Source: a virus
Lineage: Duplodnaviria; Caudoviricetes
DNA length: 64,000 nucleotides
Strand: one strand, 5' to 3'
IMG/VR virus record: IMGVR_UViG_3300035390_000014
Span: 1 to 64,000 of that record
Positions 36,870 through 46,465 of the stretch are shown one piece after another. Position 1 is the first letter of the stretch, and every line of letters starts with the position of its first letter. The notes below the pieces were generated by a model. That model saw nothing but the letters and a program-made list of their open reading frames with translations. It was not told where the DNA came from and searched no databases. The position numbers and the translations under genes are program-made.

Positions 36870-39800
36870 TTATCTCCATATCATTAAACTAATAAAATAA
36901 CTATTTAATAAATCTCTTACTGGTGATGCTTTGGGGTTTCTATATTTTGCACTACCTGTTTGTATAATATCTGATAATATTTCATTTTTTGTTTGAATGT
37001 CATCGCTTAGTGGTCCAAAAAATTCAGCAAGCAAATTTGGACAATTATATGATATAAAACTATAAGTATCAAGCTCACCCATTCTTTGTCCACCTTCACG
37101 TTTCTTACCAGCAGTAGGTTGAAATGTTTTGCTAGTCATTGGACCTGTTGATCGAGCATGAAGTTTATCCTTTGCAATATGTTCTAGTTTTAATATATAC
37201 ATGTACCCTATTGGCACTTTACTTTTTGTCTTAGTATTAAATTCTGGTAAAGACAAATTATAGCCTGATTTAAGGCCCAGTGATTTTAAACATGCTATTA
37301 TTTCTTTATAAGCAGGAGCTTTAAAAGGAGGAATTAAAATAGTCATACTACCTGAATCTTTAACTTGTTTCATAAATGTTTTAAATCGAACATCATTCAA
37401 TGCTTTAAATTTATTAATTAAATTTGTACTAAATTCTTTATTTTTTGTCATATCAAGATTTGGTAAAACTTTATGTAATAAAGCAATTACTTTAGGTTTA
37501 TCATTCAATTTAATTATTTGTCTACCTAATTCTTTTGAAATTAAACCGGTATATAATTCATATAGCTGACCAATATTCATACGACCAACTACACCGATAG
37601 GGTTTAAAATAATATCAACTTGATCTCCTGTTGGTGTTCTAGGCATAAGCTCATCCTTTTCGATAAGAGAAACAATACCCTTTGCTCCATGTCTATTGGT
37701 TAATTTATCACCAACTCCTACAGGCAATTCTTGCTCTAATTTAAACCTAATCATTACACCTGGAATAGTATCTCCTTTATGAGAAAACTTTTCATTATCT
37801 TTTAATCCATATCTTGTTCTTGTTCTTTTAGACAATTTATCTAATTCAGGAAATTTTCCTTCCTTTAGATTATTAAATACTTCTATATCAACTATTTTTC
37901 CACCAGGTGATTTTTTAATTAAATGGCCAGATACTATTTCAGTTCCTTCTTCATCTTCATCAAATCCAATTAATTGTTCAATTTCACCAATACTTTTTCT
38001 TAATAAAGGTTCGCCTTTTATAGTATCTTTTCCTAATTCATTTATAAAAACAACTCTATCTTCTTTGCCAATTTCAACTTCCTCTACTATACCATGTAAT
38101 GAATTAAGAACTCCCTCCCTTACAATTCTTTCAGATAATACAATACCATCCTCAAAATTAAATCCTTTGTATGGCATTAATGCAACACACATACTTCTAC
38201 CTAATGCAATCGCACCACCTGAAACACAAGACCCTTCTGCAATAATAGATTTTTCTTTTACAACTGATCCGGCCTTTACTGTAGGTTTAAAAACACTTAA
38301 TGTATCCTTTCCAGATCCAGATCTTAAATGAACAGGAGTTACTGGTATAACTTTATTGCCTCCAGTACTACATTGAATATATATAGCATCATCAGTTACT
38401 TTAGTTACTTTTCCATTACAAGGAGATTTTTTAATAAAGTCATCTGATAAAACACTTGTTAATATAGATTCATATCCTGATTGAATCATTGGTTGTTCTG
38501 GGTTTCTTAATGGAACCGCTTGTCTCATTTGACTACAACCAAACATTACTCTGTTCCCATCATCATTTTCAACAAATGGAATTTGAGCAGCTGTAGTTGA
38601 TAACATCCCAGAGTTCTCACCTTCTTTTTTCTCTTTGGATTGTATAATACCTCTTGCTGATGTTATAAAAGCATCAACAGTTAGCTGTTGTACAATACCA
38701 ACATTTTCACCTTCTGGTGTATCAAGTGTATCAATATTACCAAACATTGAGTCATGAACATTACGACCAGCATTTTGAATAGCTTGTTTATCAGGAATAC
38801 CACCAACGGCTTTACCTACTGGTGACACTCTTGTTTTAGTAGCCATTTCCTCAATAGGATTAGCATATTCCATATCAGCAACAATTTCTGAGTTAATAAA
38901 ATCGCTTAATACTTTGGTTTGAGAGATATCAAATATAGCTTTTTTATTACCAGATAGTACTTGTTCTTTATATTCAGTATGAGCTGCTAAAATTTGTTTT
39001 TGAGCAAGATGAACTATAACCTCAGAGTTTCTTATTCTCTGATTAGATACATCATTTCTTTTTTGTGTAAATCCTTCTACAACTTTAGTTGACATATATT
39101 TCATTATCAAATGTAATTCACTTGGTAATTGTTGATTAATTAATACTTGTTTTGCAACAGGATCAACTATATTTTCTAAATTGGATTGAATTAAGAATGT
39201 TGAATTAATACGGCCAGACATTTTAATAATTAAATTATTAAAATATTCATGAGATAAAAATTCTCCATTAATTTTTAATGAACTAATATCGACATGAATC
39301 AGTGATTGTACAATTTCTTCTTTTAGCTTCGTGTTAATATTTTCAAACAAAATCCATTGTTTATCATCAACTTTAACACTCCATTTGGTCTCTTTATCAG
39401 GTCTTTGGTCTGTTATCTTATACCTAATATCATATAATTGACATGACTCTTTAAAACCAAAACTGAAGCCTAAAAGGACTAATATTGGGACTTTATACGA
39501 TCCAATGTAAGCTTCTAAATATTCTTCCCTCTTAGTTCTTTTACTCCATATATGGAAAGTTGAATAAGAACTTTCAAATTTACTATCGTATAATTTAGGA
39601 AATGTTATTGGACATAAAACTAACTGATTAATAAGACATTTCTTTTTACCATTAATTTTAAAAGTTCCATCATTAGAAACATTAGGAACATCTAATAATA
39701 TTTCATGTTCTCTTTTAAATTTATCAACAACAACTACATGAATAGTACTAATATCAGATGGAGATAGATCGCCCGGTCTAATATGTTTCTTAACAACCTT

Positions 39801-40961
39801 AACACTTTTAAATGTTAATGGAACACCTTTTGTTTCCAAAACTTTAAATGAATTAACAATATCTTTCTTTAAATTTGTTTCAAAGTCAATTTTTCTTTTT
39901 TCAAAAATATGCTCAGGAGATTTATTTCCAACAGCTTTAGCTACATTGGATAATTGGATAACAATGTCTTCTGATGTGGATTCTGTTTTCTTAGGTTCCA
40001 ATAATTCATCTACATATTTTTTATCAATAACTTTCAATCCCATTGTTTTTTTAGAATCTGGAATACTAACTGCAGTTTGACGAGCTTTAATCATATCACC
40101 AGTTGATCTATATAATGCAGAAGCTATTGCTATATCTTTAGCATCATTATTTGTTAATTCATTGTTATGTGTTTTATCCAGTGATTTAGGATTTTTTTCA
40201 AAGAATTTTTGAATAGATTGTTTGAATTTAGATTTATTAGAAGGATCGATATCGCCTTCTATTTTTTTAATAATTATATTAGATGCTGTCTCTACTTTAC
40301 CATCAACTTCTTCTTCACCATCAATAACTTTGATATTTTTAAGATATAGATTAACTTTATTAAATTTTACATCTCTGTTTTTTATTAGTAGTCTATAACG
40401 GGAAGATGAATCACTAATAGTATTCATTATCAAATGATCATAATATAAATTATTTTTTTTAATTTCTAATATAAATGGGAACATTTTTCTATCAATATAT
40501 TTTGGAACATTTTTAGTTGCATCAACCGAGTATATAAATACTTTTTCATAACTATTTGGAAATGAACTAAAAATTTTATCAACTATATTTTTTAAAAGAA
40601 ACCCACCTCTTGCTCTATAGTTTTTCATTTTATATGATTCTTCCATTGATTGTAAAAACGGACTAAGATCATATATCAAATTCTGTCCTTGAGGTATTGC
40701 TTGAATCGAACTTGAGGCAACCAATCCATGAGCCTTATAAGTATTTTTAATTTCCGGAGTCATAGAACTAAATGGTATTTTAGTTTTTGGGATAATAACC
40801 TTTTTTGCATCAACTCGTAATAAATTCAATTTTGAATAATCATCTACAAATGTCGAATTTTCACTAAAGTAAACAATCAAAAAAGGATTCTTCTGAATTT
40901 GCGGAAATCTAATACCATTAACCACATGAGTAAATGGTTTCAGTGCTTTAAATTGAATCAT
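36870..40961 (-). CDS. rpoB: Multisubunit RNA polymerase beta-like subunit (RNAP-2, probably virion-packaged) with a ~345-aa N-terminal extension
   Basis: GNIDTLDTPEGENVG, ENDDGNRVMFGCSQMRQAVPL, GFNFEDGIVLS, GDKLTNRHGAKGIVS, GGQRMGELD. Confidence 0.95.
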   Translation of the reverse strand: MIQFKALKPFTHVVNGIRFPQIQKNPFLIVYFSENSTFVDDYSKLNLLRVDAKKVIIPKTKIPFSSMTPEIKNTYKAHGLVASSSIQAIPQGQNLIYDLSPFLQSMEESYKMKNYRARGGFLLKNIVDKIFSSFPNSYEKVFIYSVDATKNVPKYIDRKMFPFILEIKKNNLYYDHLIMNTISDSSSRYRLLIKNRDVKFNKVNLYLKNIKVIDGEEEVDGKVETASNIIIKKIEGDIDPSNKSKFKQSIQKFFEKNPKSLDKTHNNELTNNDAKDIAIASALYRSTGDMIKARQTAVSIPDSKKTMGLKVIDKKYVDELLEPKKTESTSEDIVIQLSNVAKAVGNKSPEHIFEKRKIDFETNLKKDIVNSFKVLETKGVPLTFKSVKVVKKHIRPGDLSPSDISTIHVVVVDKFKREHEILLDVPNVSNDGTFKINGKKKCLINQLVLCPITFPKLYDSKFESSYSTFHIWSKRTKREEYLEAYIGSYKVPILVLLGFSFGFKESCQLYDIRYKITDQRPDKETKWSVKVDDKQWILFENINTKLKEEIVQSLIHVDISSLKINGEFLSHEYFNNLIIKMSGRINSTFLIQSNLENIVDPVAKQVLINQQLPSELHLIMKYMSTKVVEGFTQKRNDVSNQRIRNSEVIVHLAQKQILAAHTEYKEQVLSGNKKAIFDISQTKVLSDFINSEIVADMEYANPIEEMATKTRVSPVGKAVGGIPDKQAIQNAGRNVHDSMFGNIDTLDTPEGENVGIVQQLTVDAFITSARGIIQSKEKKEGENSGMLSTTAAQIPFVENDDGNRVMFGCSQMRQAVPLRNPEQPMIQSGYESILTSVLSDDFIKKSPCNGKVTKVTDDAIYIQCSTGGNKVIPVTPVHLRSGSGKDTLSVFKPTVKAGSVVKEKSIIAEGSCVSGGAIALGRSMCVALMPYKGFNFEDGIVLSERIVREGVLNSLHGIVEEVEIGKEDRVVFINELGKDTIKGEPLLRKSIGEIEQLIGFDEDEEGTEIVSGHLIKKSPGGKIVDIEVFNNLKEGKFPELDKLSKRTRTRYGLKDNEKFSHKGDTIPGVMIRFKLEQELPVGVGDKLTNRHGAKGIVSLIEKDELMPRTPTGDQVDIILNPIGVVGRMNIGQLYELYTGLISKELGRQIIKLNDKPKVIALLHKVLPNLDMTKNKEFSTNLINKFKALNDVRFKTFMKQVKDSGSMTILIPPFKAPAYKEIIACLKSLGLKSGYNLSLPEFNTKTKSKVPIGYMYILKLEHIAKDKLHARSTGPMTSKTFQPTAGKKREGGQRMGELDTYSFISYNCPNLLAEFFGPLSDDIQTKNEILSDIIQTGSAKYRNPKASPVRDLLNSYFISLMIWR

Positions 40962-41304
40962 CTTTATCCTCGTAGTTGTCTAATTTTACTAAATCATTTT
41001 CTATTAATAATGTCCCTAAATCTGATCCATCTGATAGAGTGACATAAGCTTCATATCTACTATATACAGCTGATTTAACAGATGTTAAAGTAACTTCTTT
41101 ATTTAACAATAATGGTGTAACAAAATCTGTAGCTCTTTTACCATGTTCTCTTTCTGATTCTGTTTTTGGTCTCCATGTTTCAGGAGTATCAACATCTTTT
41201 AATCTGAATCTTTGTTTAGTTGTAATAGTAAATCCAAGATCGACAGTAGCATCAAAAGTATCACCATCAACAATATTAGTTACATATGCTTTATAATTAT
41301 ACAT
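40948..41304 (-). CDS. Staphylococcal-nuclease-like (SNase/thermonuclease) protein
   Basis: VTNIVDGDTFDATVDLGF...RFRLKDVDTPE...YSRYEA. Confidence 0.85.
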   Translation of the reverse strand: MYNYKAYVTNIVDGDTFDATVDLGFTITTKQRFRLKDVDTPETWRPKTESEREHGKRATDFVTPLLLNKEVTLTSVKSAVYSRYEAYVTLSDGSDLGTLLIENDLVKLDNYEDKDDSI

Positions 41305-41999
41305 TATTCACCTTCCTTCATTCTTCCTGGAGTTCCTAAGAATGTCCACATAAAAGATATTGTACTAAGAACTAATAATACTCCAGCTACTAATAAAAAA
41401 CCGCCAGTCATACCAAGAGCAACAACACTACCCCCAAACAATGCCCCTATTAAATATGTCATAAAACCTCCTATAAAAGATAATACTCCATATACAGTAA
41501 AATTTAAAGAAGAAGAATAAGGACCTTTTGTAGTAGATGTTATTGATTTTTCTATATCTTTTAGAACTTGCTCAGAAACTTGTTTAAAAGGTTGCTTTTT
41601 AATTTTAGAATTAATCATCATTACAATCAATATTGGTATTATAGCACCAGACATTGTCAAAACACTAGCCTGACCTAATGCTGCAAAAGCTCTTGAAATA
41701 TTAACGGATGCCTTCTTAACTGCTTTCAAATCAATATCCATGTCATTAGCTAATTTATATACTTTGCTATTTAATTCTTTTTCAGGTTTAACAAAGTTTT
41801 TATGTCTGCCAACAAAAGTTTCCATTTGTTTATCATTTTTAATAGAGCTAATTTTTTTTAACATATCTTTTAATTTATTAGCAGGCATGGTAGATTCATT
41901 TAATATATTATCAACACTATAATTATTATATATTTCTAACAACTCACTATATATATCATTATTAAATAAAGCGTTTAATTCATAATTGTAATTATTCAT
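41304..41999 (-). CDS. Putative virion-internal protein: LxE propeptide, helical domain, multiple TM helices
   Basis: DNILNE|STM; three hydrophobic segments. Confidence 0.5.
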   Translation of the reverse strand: MNNYNYELNALFNNDIYSELLEIYNNYSVDNILNESTMPANKLKDMLKKISSIKNDKQMETFVGRHKNFVKPEKELNSKVYKLANDMDIDLKAVKKASVNISRAFAALGQASVLTMSGAIIPILIVMMINSKIKKQPFKQVSEQVLKDIEKSITSTTKGPYSSSLNFTVYGVLSFIGGFMTYLIGALFGGSVVALGMTGGFLLVAGVLLVLSTISFMWTFLGTPGRMKEGE

Positions 42000-42020
42000 A
42001 CTACCACCCTCTTATATTAT

Positions 42021-42740
42021 TTAATTATTTTTATATCCTTTAGCACCAAGTCTTGAGGAACTTCTACGTTTATCATCAACTAGGCTTCCAGTCATAACCT
42101 TTTCAATGATACTCTGTTCACCTCTTTCTTCAGTTATAAGACCTGTTTTAATAGCATCATTGATATTTTCAAATGCTAATCCATTTACAAAACCCTCTGA
42201 GAAAATAACCTTTTTTAGATTAACTAATATTGGGTCCCAAGTTGATCCTAATCTAGCAGATATCTGAATGTTCTTTTTATCCCTTAATACTTGGGAACAC
42301 ATAATTTCCAAATGAACTGAATCCATATCTGATAGTTTTCCATAAACTGCGAATAATTTTCTATATAGATGCCCTGCATCTTTTAATATTTCTCTACCAC
42401 CAATCAATCTTTCAACATATGAAATTTGTACGGCTGATTCTCCAGCCTCAGTTGATACTTCTAATATTGGCGAATTGGCTTCAAATTTTAATTTAACATA
42501 ATCTTTTTCAATATTTTCTCTTTCATATACAAATAATTCAAGAGCATAATCTAATGTTATATCAAATATTTTGTCGCCATATTCAGCTTTAGCTAATAAT
42601 GATTTAACCCAAATTCTCTTACCTTCTTCTTTTTCTAAGAAATTTGTTTTATCATAATTACTCATATCAATAGATAATATCATCGCTTGAGTGGTGATTA
42701 ATTGTTGTTCATGTTGTTTTAAAAATTGAGTTATTTTCAT
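42021..42740 (-). CDS. C-terminal fragment of the RNAP-2 beta' subunit
   Basis: AVQISYVERLIGG (second trigger helix equivalent), HLEIMCSQVL and LKKVIFSEGFVNGLAFEN align with HFECVVSQLM and SWLMGLAFSN at the C-terminus of the RNAP-1 beta'. Confidence 0.8.
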   Translation of the reverse strand: MKITQFLKQHEQQLITTQAMILSIDMSNYDKTNFLEKEEGKRIWVKSLLAKAEYGDKIFDITLDYALELFVYERENIEKDYVKLKFEANSPILEVSTEAGESAVQISYVERLIGGREILKDAGHLYRKLFAVYGKLSDMDSVHLEIMCSQVLRDKKNIQISARLGSTWDPILVNLKKVIFSEGFVNGLAFENINDAIKTGLITEERGEQSIIEKVMTGSLVDDKRRSSSRLGAKGYKNN

Positions 42741-42743
42741 AAT

Positions 42744-43130
42744 TTACGCCCGTTGCATTTGTTTTTGTAAACGTTCTTTCTTTTGATCCAATATCTTCTT
42801 TTTATTCGCATCTTGTTTCATTTGATTTGCTTTAGCATTCATAGCATTCTTTTTAGATGGGTCTTGCTCCATTGAGGCAGCAGCTTTAGCTTTTTTATGT
42901 TTACGATATAAATAATATGCTCCCAAGGCTGCAACTTGAGCTCCAGGAACTACTGCCATTGCGCCACCAGCTGCTGTGGCAATACCATGGCCGGCTGCTG
43001 CTCCAGCAACTTGAACTGCGGCATATTTACCAGTTCTGCCCAACTTAGTCTCTTTATCATCTTGACCTGTTTTATCCATCAAGCCTTCACGTAAACAATA
43101 GAAGGTATATTCCTCAGATAAAGTTATCAT
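42744..43130 (-). CDS. Putative virion-internal protein (LxE, Gly/Ala helix, Lys-rich tail)
   Basis: YCLRE|GLM; AALGAYYLYRKHKKAK. Confidence 0.5.
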   Translation of the reverse strand: MITLSEEYTFYCLREGLMDKTGQDDKETKLGRTGKYAAVQVAGAAAGHGIATAAGGAMAVVPGAQVAALGAYYLYRKHKKAKAAASMEQDPSKKNAMNAKANQMKQDANKKKILDQKKERLQKQMQRA

Positions 43131-43135
43131 AATAT

Positions 43136-43408
43136 TTAACCCTTACAAGTTTTAGAGCATTTAGTTCCATACCCACTTTTATAACTTTTGAATTTTAATA
43201 TTTTACCGCATTTACATATTGGTCTATCACTTAATCCTTTAGATACATTATATGATCTTTCAGTTATAGTAGCAGACTTTGGTAAATAATCTGTATACTC
43301 ATATAATGCATTATAGATTCTTGGGTTATCTTTTTTTAATTTTTTAGTACTTGGTGCTTTTTCTCCATATGTATCTTGAATATAAATTGAAACTATTTGT
43401 TTATTCAT
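43136..43408 (-). CDS. Small Zn-module protein resembling the N-terminal module of phage homing endonucleases
   Basis: RPICKCGKILKFKSYKSGYGTKCSKTC; no nuclease domain. Confidence 0.5.
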   Translation of the reverse strand: MNKQIVSIYIQDTYGEKAPSTKKLKKDNPRIYNALYEYTDYLPKSATITERSYNVSKGLSDRPICKCGKILKFKSYKSGYGTKCSKTCKG

Positions 43409-43422
43409 AATAATTACCCCTT

Positions 43423-45765
43423 TTATTTTTCTAATCCAGACATTGGATCATTGTTAATTATATCTGCTAACATATCTCTTTTTATCAATGAAACAGCTCC
43501 ACCTGTATGGAATGTTTTCATGATAAGCTGTGTGCCTCTCTCTCCAATAATTTGAGCAGCAAGAATTCCAACATACGGGGTGTTATGTCTTTCTAATAAT
43601 TTACCATAACAAGTATGACAAATCTTTTGAGATTTACAGTATATAGGAGTTCTCAAACTTACAATATCTCCTAGTTTAAATTTGCCTTCATCAAATAACA
43701 TTAGCTTACCTTGTTTGATTACATAACGTCCTTTAAATCTTCCCATTAACATTTTATCTAACTTTACATCTAATGTTCTAGTTGTTCCGCAGTCTTTAGT
43801 AACCCTATCTAACTCAACTGTATTTAAAAGATATGCTAATTTACGAGACATATAGCCAGTATCAGCCGTATTGATAACCCTATCAATAATACCTTTACGT
43901 GCCCCTTGAGATGCGTCAAAGAATTCTCTATTAGACAAACCGTCTGCGAATGACCCTGATATAGGGTCTAAAACATTACCATCAGGATCAGCTATAACAC
44001 CCTTTGCAACCAATATCTGCATTGGTTGACCCCATCCTTTTGTTGATCCAGAATTAGCAAGATCACCAAACCCTGTATTATCTAAATGTTTTTCTAATAT
44101 TGTTTGAGCTTCTTCTAATAAAGTTTGAGCTTCTTCTGGGTTAGCGGTTTTTAATTTTTCTTTAATTTTTATAACAGAATCAGGTAATGCAAAATCATCT
44201 AAATTCATTGAAGGAGCCATAATTGTAGCCCATTTAAAACCAACATCTTTTAATTTATCAACAACTTGCTTTATTACTTCTCCACCGTGCTTTTCATAAG
44301 TTAATTCAATTCTAGCACCAATAGTTTTTTTAGTTGCTTGAGCTTCCATGAAACCAAGATCAGTAGGGAAACAACTATTAACAATTGCTTTACCCATTGT
44401 TGTGTTTACACCTCTATATTTAACAGCTATATATGGTTCTTTAGCATTAACTAAATCTTCATTTGATACTGCTAATGGAGAACCTGTGGCAGTTCTATCT
44501 TTTGTAATTGTGTATAAACCAGCCCAAATCTCTTTTGAAAGACCAAAAATAAATTCATTTGATGATGTACCACTTGTTAATTTCATCATTCTAGTTCTTG
44601 CTTCTTCCTGAGCTTCATTTGTTAGTGGATGATATATAGCCATTGTATCACCATCAAAATCGGCATTATGAACACCAACCTGAGTGGTTGACATAAGCAT
44701 TGTATCGCCTCTATGTAATACAGGGTTGTATGCTAAATAACTTTGAGTATGAAGAACTGGATCTCTTTTTACAACAACAATTCTACCCTTCATTGAAATT
44801 TCAGTTTGTTCAAAGAATAATTCATATAATTCTTCTGGCACTTTATCGCCTTCTTTAATACCTTTCATTACTCTTTTAACTGCTTCAACTGATAAATCCA
44901 TCCCGGTAAATTCTTTTACCCCATTTGATAAAACTTCTTTGTCAACTCTACCTGAATATAATAAACGGTGCATAATAAAAGGTTCAAATAAACCAATAGC
45001 TAATCTTAAAGGAACCCCACATTCATTTATAAGTAAATTAGGATCTGGTGTAATAACAGCACGCCCGGAAAAGTCAATACGCTTTCCAAGCATCTGTTCT
45101 CTAATAATTCCATGTTTTTTACCAATTTTAGATCTAATATAATTATCATGATCCATTACTGATTGGTGCATAGCATAATTTAATAAATCATATAATGGAC
45201 CTGAACCAGATGATCTTAGTTGTGATGCTCTTCTCATTAAAGCAAGATAAACATCATTTAAAGCATCTATCATCCAATTACCATCTTCCCCTTGTACAGC
45301 TGGTCTTAACTCAGGTGGTATAACAGGGATTTTATCAATAAAAATTGTATCATTTTTTGTTTCTCTTATAACAAATTTTATTAGTTTATCTCTTAATTCA
45401 GTCTCACCTCTCCATTTAATAGAGGGAAATAATTTAATAAACTCTTTTATACCAGTAACACCACCAGTTTCAACTATTTCTAACCTACCATCTTTATCTA
45501 ATATAAAAGATTCCTCAGTTGATATAAATTTTTCAATTTTTCTATCCAACTGAAGTAATACTCTATATACTGATGGATGAATAGCAAACCCATGTAATTC
45601 AATATATGAAAATAAAATTCTTCTATCTTTCGAACCATCTGGTCCAAATATTTCTTCGCTATATAAACCTTCCTCATGAAAATGACCAGTCTTAGTGGTA
45701 GTAATCATAGAGGTCACAGGTTTCAAATTCTGACTGAAATTAGATGGATTGAGTAATTTTAACAT
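43423..45765 (-). CDS. rpoC: RNAP-2 beta'-like subunit, N-terminal and catalytic part
   Basis: NADFDGDTMAIY, LGKRIDFSGRAVI, KRDPVLH, TADTGYMSRKL, QLIMKTFHTGG, then a stop 20 codons later. Confidence 0.93.
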   Translation of the reverse strand: MLKLLNPSNFSQNLKPVTSMITTTKTGHFHEEGLYSEEIFGPDGSKDRRILFSYIELHGFAIHPSVYRVLLQLDRKIEKFISTEESFILDKDGRLEIVETGGVTGIKEFIKLFPSIKWRGETELRDKLIKFVIRETKNDTIFIDKIPVIPPELRPAVQGEDGNWMIDALNDVYLALMRRASQLRSSGSGPLYDLLNYAMHQSVMDHDNYIRSKIGKKHGIIREQMLGKRIDFSGRAVITPDPNLLINECGVPLRLAIGLFEPFIMHRLLYSGRVDKEVLSNGVKEFTGMDLSVEAVKRVMKGIKEGDKVPEELYELFFEQTEISMKGRIVVVKRDPVLHTQSYLAYNPVLHRGDTMLMSTTQVGVHNADFDGDTMAIYHPLTNEAQEEARTRMMKLTSGTSSNEFIFGLSKEIWAGLYTITKDRTATGSPLAVSNEDLVNAKEPYIAVKYRGVNTTMGKAIVNSCFPTDLGFMEAQATKKTIGARIELTYEKHGGEVIKQVVDKLKDVGFKWATIMAPSMNLDDFALPDSVIKIKEKLKTANPEEAQTLLEEAQTILEKHLDNTGFGDLANSGSTKGWGQPMQILVAKGVIADPDGNVLDPISGSFADGLSNREFFDASQGARKGIIDRVINTADTGYMSRKLAYLLNTVELDRVTKDCGTTRTLDVKLDKMLMGRFKGRYVIKQGKLMLFDEGKFKLGDIVSLRTPIYCKSQKICHTCYGKLLERHNTPYVGILAAQIIGERGTQLIMKTFHTGGAVSLIKRDMLADIINNDPMSGLEK

Positions 45766-46355
45766 TATTTCTTAGCCTTAGCTTTTTCTATTTTTTGTTT
45801 TTGTTTAATCATTTTTTGTTTTAAAATTTCTTTCTGTTCAGGATCTTTTTCAGAACTATATTTTTTCTTTAAACCTTTATATGTAAAATATAATGCCAAA
45901 AGAACAGCAGATGCACCAACGGCATATCCTTCTTTTACCAATGTCGGCGGTTTCATTTTCTTATTAAATGTCTTAGTTGATTTAGTTTTTAACGCCGCCT
46001 GACTTACAGTATTAGGAATTGCTTTATTATATTTATTTAATAATTTTGTAAGTTTAATAACTACTCCTGGTAAATGTCCATCAGGTTGTTTTTCAGCCAT
46101 TCTCTTTGCAAGTTTTAATGAAAATTCAATCATCTTAGCATCTTTATAACCATATCTATTACAAATTGGAAACAAAGTATGTTCAGATCCCTGACCCAAT
46201 TTTAAATAACAACCAGGATTTTTTTCAGCATCAGATTTTACAAATTCTGGAGATAATCTTTTTAAATCATCATGATAAGTTATTGGTGATATTAGTTTAT
46301 AGGCTGTTCTTAATAACTCAGATAAATTTTGAAATTCTTCATTTAAATTTTCCAT
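45765..46355 (-). CDS. Putative virion-internal protein, two modules (second: hydrophobic helix plus Lys-rich tail)
   Basis: NLNEE; TLVKE|GYAVGASAVLLALYFTYKGLKKK. Confidence 0.5.
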   Translation of the reverse strand: MENLNEEFQNLSELLRTAYKLISPITYHDDLKRLSPEFVKSDAEKNPGCYLKLGQGSEHTLFPICNRYGYKDAKMIEFSLKLAKRMAEKQPDGHLPGVVIKLTKLLNKYNKAIPNTVSQAALKTKSTKTFNKKMKPPTLVKEGYAVGASAVLLALYFTYKGLKKKYSSEKDPEQKEILKQKMIKQKQKIEKAKAKK

Positions 46356-46382
46356 ATATAAAACTCCCTTTTAGTCTTTATT

Positions 46383-46392
46383 ATTTGTTCTA
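46383..46392 (-). promoter_or_regulatory. Motif class B (sense TAGAACAAAT)
   Basis: 28 nt upstream of the ATG at 46355, just downstream of a terminator. Confidence 0.55.
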
Positions 46393-46414
46393 AAAAAAGA
46401 GTAATAAAACCGAC

Positions 46415-46454
46415 AAAAAAAAGAGCATCCCAAATTAATGGAATGCTCTTTTTT
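46415..46454 (-). terminator. Intrinsic terminator
   Basis: AAAAAAGAGCATTCC-ATTAATTT-GGGATGCTCTTTTTTTT on the minus strand; stem with a G-U wobble plus a U8 tail. Confidence 0.85.
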
Positions 46455-46465
46455 ATTTACTTTAT

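Noticed and set aside
42741-43422. Group I intron or intein explaining the beta' split
   Set aside because: I found no recognisable group I core sequences or intein termini, and both inner ORFs and the C-half have their own RBS and start. Not fully excluded without RT-PCR.
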